Shown piece after piece: positions 11,830-25,791 of a stretch of 64,000 bases of DNA. Each line of letters starts with the position of its first letter. The first letter of the stretch is position 1. Source of the DNA: Octopus sinensis (lineage: Eukaryota). The notes under the pieces were generated by a model. The model was not told the DNA's origin, made no database searches, and saw nothing but the letters and a program-made list of their open reading frames with translations. The stretch spans positions 54,622,001 to 54,686,000 of the forward strand of contig NC_043000.1 of assembly GCF_006345805.1 (NCBI RefSeq). The letters are read 5' to 3'. The translations under genes were made by a program, and so were the position numbers.

Positions 11830-12110
11830 ATATGGGTAGTTCTTCATCTCAGTTGCCCAAAGGAATATCCAATCGTTATTCTACATTTAGGCATATCAAT
11901 AAACGTAACACTACAGGGTTTAGTAAATTAATCTGGTATCTAAACGATCATAAAAAACAATTTAATTTGGAATGGAATATTCTCTCCATTTCCTTACCGT
12001 ACGAGAATGGTAAACATTTCTGCTCGCTTTGTAATAGCGAAATCCCCTTGTAAACACGTTTATAGAAAGTTTTTTTATCGTCGCAAACATTGGCAGAAAC
12101 ATACCTTTAG
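11830..12110 (+). pseudogene. PLE GIY-YIG endonuclease C-terminal relic
   Basis: YMGSSSSQL..ISNRYSTFRHINKRNTTGFSKLIWYLND..FNLEWNIL..PY..CSLCNSE matches the PLE endonuclease pattern YIG..RY..H..ST.LSK.IW.L...W.IL..C.LC..E. Confidence 0.7.
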
Positions 12111-12410
12111 ATCCTATATGTCATTTATACCATTCTTTATAATTTGACCTTTGATTATCTTCTTACATTTCTCTTCCACTAAATATATCTAATTCCACAC
12201 TTTTAAGTTTATTATAATTTATCCATCGCTCTATATTTCTCCACTATTAGTTTTCTGCTAATTACTTTCCTTCTCCTCCTACTCTTTCTGTATGCTACCT
12301 TTGACGTTACATATACTAACGTGGATTTTAAAACTTAATAGCGTCCCCTTCATTTTACACAGTTATCACATTCTGTTAGAATGTTTTATTGGTGTGTTTT
12401 GTTTCTTTCG

Positions 12411-12495
12411 TTCCCCAGTCAGAAGATTGCATTGTTTACCCCATTTTATTCCTTCTGGAATAATACCAATGTTGTCTTCGAAACATATGTAGGAA
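12411..12495 (+). ncRNA. HHR relic, long-stem-II family (core destroyed)
   Basis: Stem I UUCC/GGAA, ~13-bp stem II GAAGAUUGCAUUG/CAAUGUUGUCUUC and GAAAC-AUAU-GUA are kept, but the CUGANGA position reads CCAGUCA. Confidence 0.5.
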
Positions 12496-12695
12496 GTAAA
12501 AGAATTTGTATAACTCCTACGTTTAACTCCATTTATTTATTTATCTATATTATACAAAATAATTCACCTTAACCCGGAGTTTCTACCTTTATTAATAGGT
12601 TGTTACATCCTTGTTACTTGTGTGAATATTTGCTACCCTGGTAACTGTTTTTTTCCGTGTTATTTGTAAACGCTGAAAACAGTCACACACACACA

Positions 12696-12727
<32 letters not shown>

Positions 12728-13653
12728 CGTGTGAGTGTGTGTGTGTGTGTGCTTTTATCGTTAGGTTAACTCTAATAGAGCATAATTATGTTCAAAGCCG
12801 TAACAAATGTGCCTTTTCTTCAAACATTATATTTCGAGCCCTATTAATCGAGAATCGCTTCCTTTTCAAACTGAAGAGTGTTATTTGCGGAGTAATTAGC
12901 TGTTGGCTTAGCAGGTCCAGCAACCGCATCACGGCTATTTCTTTATCTCGAAATTCATTATTTTAAATAAATAACTATATTGAAAATTTCCACCACAGAA
13001 AAGTTTTAATATCTTCTATCCTCATTAAAAATAAATTACCATTCAGTCATTTAAACATGGCATTTATTGATTTTATCTCTATTCCAGTTTACTTAGAGAC
13101 ATTCTCATGTTGTTGGTGTATACTTCTGACATTGATAGGACTAAATAGTAGTATTTGTAAAGCAATATAATTCTCCATATCACGTTACACTGTTTACCAT
13201 GGGAATAAGAAGCATTATTTGAATGTGTAATTAAAACATAAATATGAAAAAAAGGGGTAGATATGGGCTGCCATCTAAAGCAAAGTATATTGCTGTTTAG
13301 TATATCGTGCGAAGTCCAACCAGAAACACCCTTGGTCAATGGTGTTCAATTGTTTTGGTGGGAATCTGGTGCCACATGTCTAATGTATTTTCTTTTTTAA
13401 TGGATTAGGATGTATAGTGAGATTTTGTTGCGAATGGTGGCAGGTCGTATGACTCCATGTATATAAATTATTTGCTCGCAGGTTCTTTAATTTAATATAT
13501 ATGTCTAAACGGAGGAATGTTGGATTTAATATATTTGTTTATTCTCCTTGACACAGATGTATTAGTCGTTAGTTTGAATTTTATAATACATACATATACA
13601 TACATTATTTATTTGTGTATATGTACATCTCTCTCTCTCTCTCTCTCTCTCTG

Positions 13654-13728
<75 letters not shown>

Positions 13729-14525
13729 TATATATACACATGCATATACATATGTACATACATACACATATATATATGTATGTATGTATATGTATATTTC
13801 AACTTAATGATTAATTACAAAGCACAACACAGTTGCAGGTGCTATTTCTTTGAGTTAGTTATGTTCCAATGGTAAAATGTAAGCCATTGAAGAAATGTTC
13901 TGTTTCCACATTTAAAAACATCACAGTTATATTCTAACAGCCATTCAATTTCTAAAAGAGCAAAGCATTAATCCTGCCATGTTCCTAAGATTTTGTGGAT
14001 GGTGTATATTCAGTTACACACTTTCATGTACAATTTACTACACAGTCACTTGTAATAGAGTGGTATTTTATTTTGTCGACTATGAAATATGAATATGACA
14101 CAAAACTCGACTCAGTTTATTAATTTTACATTTGTCCAAAGCAACTAGATATAGAACTAAGAACACACACATTGTGTTACAACTTTTCTAAATAAATTAT
14201 CTCAAATAAACCCATTGAAAACATTCTATTGAAAACCCTCTACACACATAAACAAGAAAATGATACTTAAATAAGTGAATATAGAAATGCGGGAAAATGT
14301 ACAATATAAACAAAAAATGCTCACAATTAATCTCCCAAATTTCCCTAAACCACATAATAACGCTCTCCCATCTACGATTGCAAGAAATACAAACGGACAC
14401 AACACCGCAGAAATAACACGTACAGCTAATAAAAAAGCCGAAGAAATTCACAAGCGGAAAATGTCTCACATACACAGATGGTTATATATATATATATATA
14501 TATATATATAGATATATAAATTTCA

Positions 14526-15710
14526 ATAGGTATCATTACCATTATTAATAATAATAATAATGATAATAATGAAGTGGCTAGCAAGTTTACATCGCTGTTA
14601 TAGGTAAAATGTAAATACAATTCAGTAGGGTATTAAAATACCACTTGCTATAAACAGGGCTATCACTCTAAAACCACGAATTACTCACTACTAAAATACA
14701 CACGGCGAATGCAACAAGCATAATAGAAATAGGCTTATTTTGTATGAACCACGGAAGTAAGGAATGCGAATATTCCAGGATGAATTGATTTCGTTTTCTG
14801 TATGAAAAAACATTCTCGTCAGCCAGACTTAACGCTGCAACAACTATTTCTGAGATATTCGTCACATTACACCGTGTGCGTACTTATATTTGAATGCCCC
14901 TACGACATTCAAAATAAACATATCGTCAGACAGTTTAATCTAAAATTAAATAGGTATCATTACCATTTATAATAATAATAACGATAATAATAAAGTGGCT
15001 AGTACGTTTTCACCGTCATAGGTATAATATAAATAAAATCAGTAGGGTATTAGAATACCACTTTCTATAAACCGAGCAGCCGCTCTAAAACCACAAAGTA
15101 CGTACTATTAAAACACACGCGGCGAATGCAACAAACATAACAGAAATAGGCTTACTTTGTATGAACTACAGAATTAAGGAATGCGTATATTCCAGGATTA
15201 ATTGAGTTCACTTTCTGTATGAAAAACATACTTAAGCTCATCAGCAAGGCTTAACGCCACAACAACTATTTCTGAACACGTTTTAGAGTGACAGCTGTTT
15301 ATAGCAAGTTTTATTTGAATACTGTCCTGAATTTTGTTTATATCTTATCTACAATGGCGTAAACTTGCTTGCCACTTTATTATTATCGTTATTCTTATTA
15401 ATAATGGGAATGATACCTTTTTAACTTTAAATTATACTGGCTCATAATATGTTCGTTTTGAATGTCGCGGGGGCATTCAAATGTAAAAATGCACACGGTG
15501 TAATGTGGTCAATATTTCAGAAATAGTTATTGTAGCGTTAAGTCTGGTGGAGGAGTTTAAGTATGTTTCTCATACAAAAAGCAAAATCATTTGATCCTGG
15601 AATATACGAATTCCTTACTTCTGTAGTTCATACAAGTTAAGCCTATTTTTGTTTTGCTTGTTGCATTCGCTGTTGTATTTTAATAGTGAGTAATTTGTGG
15701 TTTTAGAGCG
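14526..15710. repeat. Diverged ~424-bp tandem repeat (1 full + 1 partial copy) followed by an inverted, permuted third copy; each has a decayed HHR
   Basis: 14526-14949 is repeated at 14950-15280; ~15350-15710 is a reverse-complement copy spanning the unit junction. HHR-like motifs at 14774-14827(-), 15191-15249(-) and 15543-15601(+). Confidence 0.85.
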
Positions 15711-15724
15711 ATATATATAAATAT

Positions 15725-15800
<76 letters not shown>

Positions 15801-15926
15801 AATTTGTGTTGCAAGATTCTTGATGCGAAACAGTGTTTTGAAACAGATATTGTATTTCGGGCTTTTTTGCCGAATAAACACACAGAATGGAGTAAGGGGT
15901 GTAAGAGGACACACGGAAATGAAAAG

Positions 15927-15971
15927 TGTCGCTGAAGAAGTCACAGATGGGTGACGAAAAATTTTTGGACA
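15927..15971 (+). ncRNA. Minimal type I HHR candidate (singleton)
   Basis: UGUC-G-CUGAAGA-A-GUCAC AGAUGG GUGAC-GAAA-AAUUU-U-UG-GACA: intact core, 5-bp stem II, palindromic AAAUUU stem III, imperfect stem I. Confidence 0.55.
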
Positions 15972-18405
15972 ATAGACATGAACTAAACTTTTTAAAATAC
16001 AAGAGCAGTAATAAGCGAGTGAAGAACAAATATGTAATGCGTGTGTTTATTTGGCAAAAAAATGACCATCCCGAGATACAACAATATATATACATATATG
16101 TGCGTGTGTGTGTGTAGATATATATATAAATATAGATATAGATAGAGAGAGAGAGAGTGAGAGAGAGAGAGAGATATCACAATGTATATTTCACCAAAAA
16201 TGTCATATTGTTTTATTGATAGAAATATGTGTATCATGGCAACAATCTCTCAAAGGTATATGTGATATACTAGAACTCTCCACAAAAATTGTTACAATTG
16301 AAATTTGTTACAATTGAACACGCACCCATCTTTTTTAAAATCGGCTAAACTTTAGAAATAGTTTTATTCAAAATAAACTGTTGTACGATTAGTTTTATTA
16401 TAATTGGCTGGTATTGGCTTTTCATTACGCTTTCAGCTACGAAATATACTATCAGCTAGAAATTGTAAATCTGTTACAAATCAGGGATTATTTACCAGTG
16501 ATTAACTTTATATATAAACATGGGGGAAAATGTAGCTAAAATTAAAACTGATGATAAAGTTAGAAGCCATAGTCAGTAAAAATAAAGAAATTAAAGTAAT
16601 TATGAGCTAAGAATAAAAAAAATATTGGATTTATGTTTCAGTTATCATTAACTATGTAAAAATAATCGGAACAATAGCTAATTATTTCAAGGATTATATT
16701 TTGATTGAAAACCTGCATAGCTCTCATTACTTTTAACATTTTATCTATGATTAGTACGGATCCATGAATTCATTGGGATAAGTAGTTATCCAAGACACTG
16801 TAGAACAGAATAAAAGTTCTTTTGCTTGTGGTGCTACGTAGAATTCCTTCTCTTGGGGGAAATGTCTGAAATGTGCTTGGCACCTTACCAATGAAATGTG
16901 GTGATATTCATGGACTTATCGCGAGAGATATTAGATGTCCAAGCTATATAGTTGCACGCATTTTTCGCCGTTATTTTATTTTTTACTGTATCGGTTTCCC
17001 CAACGCAATCTAAAATCATTTATAAGAAATAATTGCAGCTGGAAACCTGACATGGGATGTCCATTATAGCATGTAACGCACCACTACATGGAATATCTGA
17101 AATGATGTATCACAATAACCTGAACACAGAGAGAAAACGAGTCATAATACAATTTAATGAGATAACAAAAGAGCTGATTAAACTGAATTCACGGAACGAT
17201 GTTCACTGCATTTCATATAAATTTTTTTTATACTGCTTATGACTCATTCACTAACACGCTTATTTCCGAGATCAGAAGTATGTGGTAAATAACAAAGATC
17301 ACAACGGCTATCAGATCGAGTGATAACTGGAGACTGGTAAAAAACGTGCACCATACTGAAAGCTGATTTCGTATCCTATGATGAAAGCTACGTTTCAATG
17401 GAAATTTTGTTGAAATGGCGGGTAAATATTTGAAGTAGTTGTACTATGTATTAAAAAAACTACTCTGAGAAAAAACGAGAAATAATCTCACTTAAGATTA
17501 TTTCTTAGTTATATCACTATCTGCTGAATATCTTAGTTACCAATTAATTCATTATAAATTTAGAATATATTAGTTACCAGTTTATACAGAGGAAACCTAG
17601 ATTACCTTAGTTATCTGTTTATTATTAATAAACTAAGATTATATTACATATCAGTTTAGCACATAATAAATATATGTTAGGTATATGAACACTTACCATG
17701 AAAATATAAATATACCAAATAAAAATGTTTGCTAAAAAGATAGCTTTGAACACAAGTTCTGAGATCGAATTATGTTTTCTGTTTCAGAGAGAGCTGTGAA
17801 GATGTTTTAAAAGTGGGAATTATTACAACTGTAAATAAATGTATCGAATTTCGACACAGAGTAACTAGGGTGAGGGTTTTTCTTTCTTCTATTCCAGTAG
17901 AGAAATGCTTCGTTCAGATAAATTTTAATGGATTGCTCTTGTTATAAAATTAGTTACATAAATCAACATAAGTGTTTTGGCAAGACATATATACTCAAAG
18001 CAATCACTTGGCAATTTAATGAAATTTTGAGTGCGCTTCATTGCTAAGTTGCTGAAGTTTCATACATTCTGCCCATCGTTACCTACGTGCGAACTACATC
18101 GGCTTTCAAATATCGCCGAGAGTAGTTGGGAATTTTATTTTTGCGATATTGATAAAATATGTAGTATTTCTCTGTTGTGATTGAAATGGGCCACCATATT
18201 CAACTCCAAAATTTTATTCTTGTAATTAAGTTAGAAATCTATATATCATGAGTACACTCTGTTAGGAGCGATAGGAAGACAATAAGTCTTAGGTACCTAT
18301 GTAGAGGCAAATATGAAATATCTTGACTAGCATATGATTGAAAGATTTTGAGTAATAGAAGTGCGGCAAGTACTTAATACAACTTTCAGAATATACTGCA
18401 AAGCA

Positions 18406-18479
<74 letters not shown>

Positions 18480-20729
18480 TTACATATATATACAAATATA
18501 CACATAGGTATATATGTATATACATATACAAGCATATGAATAGTGCCAATGTTGTTTTGGAATGTTTTTTATTGCTTTTCATGTTACATCGTGCGCTTTT
18601 TAATACGAAGTATTAATATAAATGAGTTAATTAGAATTTAGTTATTTTTTATTAGTTTCAAAATTTGTTTCTTAGATTTTCTTTGAACACATTTCCCTCC
18701 TTATTTTCTTTTCAGATTTGAACTTTCTCGTAAGTCTCGGAAACTTTTTTAATATAAAATTAATTCAATCATCATTAATTGACATACTATTTATTTGTTT
18801 TCAATGCGTCTTATTGAACAAGACCCTCTGATGTTTGGTAATATTTCAAAAGAAATTATATAGCTACAGACTGGCAAAATATATATTTTGTGTTAATAAA
18901 GTAATAAGCCGACAGGAAATTAGTAAACTATTATGGGTGTTTTATATTACACCAAGTGATTTTTTTAAAAATAATTCTGTGACACAATTATTTGTAATGG
19001 GCAATAACGAGAAGTATTGCTCTTTCAATTAACCTCCGCAACAAGAAAATATATTTGGAATTTTCCCCGTTTAGATATCAATCAGATGAAATGAGTAATC
19101 GTAAGTATGTTAGTTTTGTTATGAGATTATTCCAACATTAAACCGTTAAAAGGGTATTAAACTGCATATGAGTCTAATAAGAAGTCGATCTCACAATCTA
19201 TGGTATACACTCTCAAGAAAAATTGAGAACCGTTTAATTAACGTAAAAGATAGTAAATAGCAAAAGTGTATAAACAACATATACATACACACATATATTT
19301 ACATATACATACGTGTGTGTTTGCCTGTGTATGCATATATAAACATATAAACACACATACATACATATATATGTGTATATGTATATATGTATTTATATAA
19401 TTTCCAGGAGTCAAGCGAATCAGGTATTTAGATAGTGAAAGCAGAATGGTCAGGCCAGTGATGGCGTGACCGCTTACAAACAATAACTACAGACAAATAC
19501 GTACTTACTAATATGAATTACGTATTGTACTCCAGTTATGCATACATCCACAAATACCTAACTGAATACAAAACGATTCATTGACGTCACACATGAGTAC
19601 ATTCACTGCACCTATTGCATCACCGTCTGTCAACTCTAAATCCAAACGCATTGTAGGTTCCGACTTAGGTGAAGGATAAGCAAATAACAATGGATTTAGG
19701 TTCTCTACAGCTGTTTGAGATGTCTTTTTTTTATTGCTGAACAGAACATTGCATCATACAAAAAATGTTGGGTGGGCAGAATCATATGGCACTATGTGAT
19801 TTTTGTTAAAAAGTTGTAAATGATTAATTCGTACCTGAAATTCACTTGAGGAAAAGGGGTTTTTTGTATGATGTAACACTTCCCTTCATCAACAAAAAAC
19901 ACGCCTGAAATAGTTGTGAACCACAATTCATATGAGTTTAGGCTGCCTAAACTCAGGATCTTTAGCAATCCACAGCTTTATGTGTGGATGTACCGATGTG
20001 ACCCAGACTGCAAAATGTATGCAGCACACCATATTAAACGGGATACCGCCCATAAAGAACAGTAGGAGAATGGGTCGAAACGATTGTCGTACAGAATAAA
20101 GATTAATACCAATCCATCTTCTGGATACTTAATCAATTATCATTATCTCAACTAACACTGCTGAGTTTCTGAAGTCGATACAAGGAAATATACCCCAAAT
20201 GCAGATGACGCCAGAAATTTCGAAATTCTCCCCCCCCCCCACACGTTTCAGTTGGATTTGTTCTGCGGTTTTTACTACTGTTTGTTGATTGTTAGACTAT
20301 TGTTAGACAATATTGTTTTGTTAATTTGTTAATTTTAAAAAATTGTTTCTCTCCTTTGTGCAGAATTTGTTATCCTGTTGCCCCTGAAGGGGGAAACCTT
20401 TTCAAAGCTTCATTAATTTAAAAAAGAAAAGCCCCCCAAAATATGGATGTTGGAGAAAATTAGTTCATCAAAACTAGAAGATTCAGAAGGATATACGATA
20501 GAGGGCGTTGAGAGGCTGCAAGAACAAATAATGGAAGAAAATGAAAAAGGGGTAAAAATGGGTAACTTTGCCACAGTAGTCGACGGAAATATTTAGTCGC
20601 TTGTGGACAATTATGAATTCATTCCTAATTTGGACGCATCAGGTATAACCCGTTTGTCATACCTGTGAAGAGAGAACAAGCTGTCGGCCGATTGCAAGAA
20701 GGGTAGCGTGCCCTGGATGTTGCGAAAGC

Positions 20730-21950
20730 TTACAATGTCCATGTCAGCACCATCCATCGCCTCCAACAGCGATACAACACCAACAGCCCTCAGGATGTGC
20801 CCCGGTGACCGTGCCCAGGCAAGACTGCTTCATCCACCTGCAACACCTCCATGATCAGTTCAGACCGGTCAGCGTGACAGCTCGCAAAACGATTGGCATT
20901 GGACAACGACCCATCAGCGATGAACGGTACAATATCCACTGACTGCCAACAACATGCATTGCCGTTGTCCTGCTCGGGGGTCTGTCCTCACCGCCTGCCA
21001 TTCACAGGCACGACTACAGTGAGATACACAGGATCGACATTAGCGGCATCAACAATGGAGATCGATAGACTTTTCTGACGAGAGCCGGTACTGCGTTTCC
21101 AGATGGCTGAGTGAGGGTGTGGAGTTGAAGGGGTGAACGCTACAGAGACGCATGTGTCATGGAGATAGATACGTGGGTGGCCAAATTATAATGGTTTGGT
21201 GTGCTATAGGCCTGAATCAGAGAATTGGGCCCCATGTGTTCCAATTTGTTGCTGCAGCGTAGTGTTACATTGACCAGATCCTAAGACATCACATTGGGAT
21301 CTTCCCGCGTCAATATATCCACATGTTCCAGCAGCACATTAGTCCTTCCCACACGGCCAAGGTCACATCACCATAGACTTCTTGCGTCGGCACACCATCG
21401 GAACTATGCCGTGACCGGCTCTCAGCTCGAATTTGAACCCGATTGAACACCTGTGGTATGAAATCCAGAGACGGTGGAAGCGGGTGATCCTAAGGCCGAC
21501 AACTGGAGTGGAACTGGAGACAGCTTTCCTCAGCGTGTAAACAGAGGTGACAATGGATTTTGTGAACCGCCTTATGCACTCCATGTACCAATGGTGTGTA
21601 GCCGTTTTGAACACCCAGGAAAGCCATACACGGTATTGAACATATCACGCCTTATAATCGCGATGTGCTGGATGCACCCACAACCAGAACATATGATGCA
21701 CTTGTATCAAGTATCCCCAAGATATGAGATGTCTTATTGGTAGCTAAGCGCAATTTCGCAAACTAAAGGAGAAATTCGAGAAAAGTGTGTATCTTACGAA
21801 CATTGAAGCCGATATCGAAACCTTGCCATAAACTTTGGTCAAAGTGCAACCAAGAAATTGACTTCATCTCATTTATCGAAATTTATCTCTGACATAATGA
21901 AATTAAAACATATTTCACAGTCACACACATCTCACGTTTCTTTGGTGGTT
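20730..21950 (+). mobile_element. Tc1/mariner transposon relic (DD34E-type transposase pseudogene)
   Basis: Frameshifted FSDESRYCVS, IMVWCAI, QQH.SP.HTAK and PALSSNLNPIEHLWYEI; 3' end ..GTGGTTCAGTACATA; matching 5' TIR not found. Confidence 0.8.
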
Positions 21951-22259
21951 CAGTACATATGTGCCTTCGTATATCTATATGTAAGTCTGTATTTATGTAT
22001 GTGTGTGAATTTGTGGGTAAAAATATAAATTTAAATTTAAATGTGTGTGTGCAATTGTGCGCGCGCGTGTGTGTGTGTGTGTGTGTGCGTTTTATGTGTA
22101 TTTTAAGTGCAGTAATGAAAGAAATCCTTATATCGACAGATAAATAAATATAGTAGTGGTTCTATGAACGGCAGGTTATATTTTAGCAGATCTCTTACAG
22201 AGATGTTGGCATCCTTTTGTCTCGGGAGAAAATGGAGTTGCGCATAAAGTACTCCAGTC

Positions 22260-22595
22260 TGGTTACATTTCATGTCCTCTCCAGTTTCGTCTCCACTTTT
22301 GCGCAGGCCTGGGCTAAATGTAAGAAAATCCTGGGCATCCCAATCTTCAGGATTCCTCTCTCTACCTTGCTGACGATGTCCAAAGGAGTTCAGAGCATTA
22401 CGTTTGGCACCAGCTTGGTTGCAGGAGCTGCCGGAAGAGTGTCGAGTCGAACACTAAACCGCCTACAGGGCTCTACTCCGGATTTATTTGAAGGTTGTCC
22501 CTTTCCGTAACCCTGGTAACCGGGTACTGTCAGCCGGAGCCAGCTGAGCCCGGGATTCGTGTCAAGCAGGGGCGTCACTCCCTGAAGTACTACCT
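22260..22595 (-). mobile_element. GC-rich LINE 5'UTR-like fragment (RTE-like, tentative)
   Basis: Isolated GC-rich block; resemblance to RTE 5'UTRs is from memory only, with no ORF evidence. Confidence 0.3.
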
Positions 22596-24390
22596 ATACA
22601 GAGATGTACTGTACATATAACATAATAAGAAATCGTCAGACTGAAGGATTTTAATATTACTTTAAAATAGTTAATCAGGTTCATTACAATGCCTCTTTAT
22701 ACTGAATGTCAGCTAAAGATTCCCAAATTAATTTGCTTCACCTTCACACCAAATGTGTGAATCTTTTCTGCTTTCTAATACAAATGATAATAAAATTGCA
22801 ATGGTAAAACAGTTTGAGATTTAATGTTTGAACTGGTTATCTTCAACAGCATTATTGCGAAATATCTTTTTAAAAATATTTCTTATTTTAGTCTATGATG
22901 CACCTATATCCCCCGACGTATAATCAAATTTACTTTCAATTAGAATAGTACTGTAAAACGCCAGTATTTGTCAGTATATGTCTGCAATATTTAATTTGTA
23001 AGATACCCGTAATAATCCTTTTTTTCTTTCTTACAAGATAATATTATTGTTTTATTTGTCTCGTTAACATTTCCTGCTGAATATTGAAATTTAAATGCAG
23101 AACATCATTCCGAATTACTTTCACCTTTCAAATGCAAGAAAAAAATTTGTTCGATCCGAAATTAAATTGGGTAGAACATGAAAATTTTACAAATAAAATC
23201 TATTAAAGTATAAAGGTATGTGTTTGCTCCCGAAAAGTCATTATTCCAATTACTTGATTGATTGAACTGCCTATAAACAAAATTATCGTTCGAATGACAG
23301 AATGTGTCTCAGACATTCTTACCCAAAATGTAAATATTTTGTAAAATCAGTATGTTCTAATGTGCAACAAAGTCGGGTCATTCAATGGCATGTGAAATTG
23401 ATCTCATAACATATTTTTATTTGAACCCTTTTCATTCACAAATCATAAGTCCTGACGGCTTCATGGTGGAAGCATCTAAATGATCATATAGTCAAATCGA
23501 AAATGGGACGTTGTGACTACAAAACAAGTTTCTTAACTGCTTGGCGACAAATGATGAAAACGATAAATTTGAGGTCTACATTAATTTTCCTTCAACAAGA
23601 CCTATCAGAATTACGAGGGTTTTTGAATAAAATAGCGAAAATGTAAAGATGAGGTTATCCGGTTCTTAAAAATATAACGCGTGTAACATGGCCCCGCGCA
23701 CACATATATACTATACCATATGCGCGCGCGCGTGTGTGTGTGTGTGTGTGTAGCTCTTGGGATTATTGCTTACATGTAACCCAGTACAACCTGTTTTATG
23801 GCCAGGTCATCGGCGACTAAACTCGCTACCCTATCAAGCTTGCTCGGTGGAGAGAGTGATAGTTGGACACCCTCCAAGGCGAAAAATAGACCTCTCAAAG
23901 GGTATAAGATCTCATGAGGAGTCAACATCCATCTAAAATTATATGTATATGTGTATGTATGCATGTATGTATGCGCAGGGATGTGGAAGTACCTGGATTG
24001 GTGTCCAGGCGCTCTGTGGCCCACTTGGAGTTGGAGGCTCCTCTGCTGTTGCCAGAACATCTCTCTAGGAGAGGGAAATTATGAGAAAAAACCTGCGACA
24101 CTGACAATATTCGATGATGTTGACTAGTTCTTCTTTTCGCGTTTATGTTGCCCATGTTTGTAGAATGAGACTGAATTTGTGCAAATTCTTCCCCACTATA
24201 AAAAAATCTTTATACACATGTATCGCTTGACAAATGTCTAAGACCTATCTCAAAAATAGCTGGTCGTACCTTTCGCGTGTTGGGACTTTCAGTCAGGTGA
24301 TGGCAATACACTAACACAAGTTTGCAGCCATCATGTGTGTAGGTATATGTTTCTGTGTGTAATTATGTACACATATATATATATATATGC

Positions 24391-24428
<38 letters not shown>

Positions 24429-25394
24429 CTACATACATATGTATATGAATGTGAATGTATGTGTGTGTATGAACCAAAGACTCATATACTAAATTGATAC
24501 AATGCGATGTTACTGAATATAATTTATTTTTTAAAATGCTGTATTTGTCGTTTCGTTCTACATCGAGGCAAAATATAATTAAGGATGTGTATTTCTTGAA
24601 ACTATATGTCCATTCATATGCGAGTTATTATTTTTGTCTTATTATCATTCATGACGACGTTTTAATTTAATATAGAAATAATAAAGTATAAAGAGAGGTG
24701 AGATATAATGGTAACCTCTTGGCGGGGTATTTGTGATTAGAATTTAGAATAATATTAACAAACCTATCCTTGTTTAAGGTGATCACAAATACAAATGTTT
24801 GCATCCTTATGTTCCACCCCCATACATTATGATATTTTGCTAGATATCGCTTTGCATTTGTTATTCAAAACACGCAAAGTTAATTGAAAGGAGTTGAAAA
24901 ACAATACTTAAACTATATTTTAAATTTATAACTGCTAATATTATCACATAATCTTCATATTCATGTAGTTGTGCATTTCAAATGAATACGGTATTATTTA
25001 AAAGTAAATGATGATTTTGCAAGTCTTTAACCCTCTAGAAGTTGATTATATCCCAGTGCAGCGGCGAAATAGCAACTTTCTAAAAATATGTAAAAATTGT
25101 TGTATTAAAAATATGTAAAAATTGTTATATTAAAAGATAATAACCAATCAATTTTGTGGTATATGAAGACGAAAGAAACATAGCTGACATCTAGTTTTCG
25201 GGAAAACATATCATTTTACAATCTAGAGTACTTTGTAAGGTGATATCATGCACCAGAATGCTGGAAAGCAATACATATTAAAATGGTAATAAAAACAAAC
25301 ACATAAAAGGCAGCAAACTAGTACTCCGCAAATAAATCTGGTCTTCCTTCATAGAATAGGTATTTTACTTAAAGTAGTCTTATTAATCCTGGTA

Positions 25395-25515
25395 TAAGTA
25401 CATATATATATATGTATATTATATATATATATGTATATATAGATATATATATATTATATATATAGTATATATATTATATTATATAGATATGTATATATAT
25501 TATATATATGTATAT

Positions 25516-25550
<35 letters not shown>

Positions 25551-25758
25551 GTGATATATATATATATATATAGTATATATATATAGGTGTATAATATATA
25601 TATTATATATGTATATTATATATATTATCTATATATATATTAGTATATAGTATATATATATATATTATATAGGTATATATATATATATGTATATATATAT
25701 ATGTATATATATATATATAATGTATATATATATATATGTATATAATATATATATAGGT

Positions 25759-25791
<33 letters not shown>

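Noticed and set aside
20360-20635. Possible host exon (pyrimidine tract + CAG, purine-rich ORF-like stretch, CAG/GTATAA)
   Set aside because: In-frame stops and no recognisable protein; next to a Tc1 relic. Would need RNA-seq.
21075-21110. CUGACGA inside the Tc1 element; also CUGAAGA at ~49302 and ~51520
   Set aside because: Coincidental codons in transposase or RT sequence; stems or GAAA are missing.
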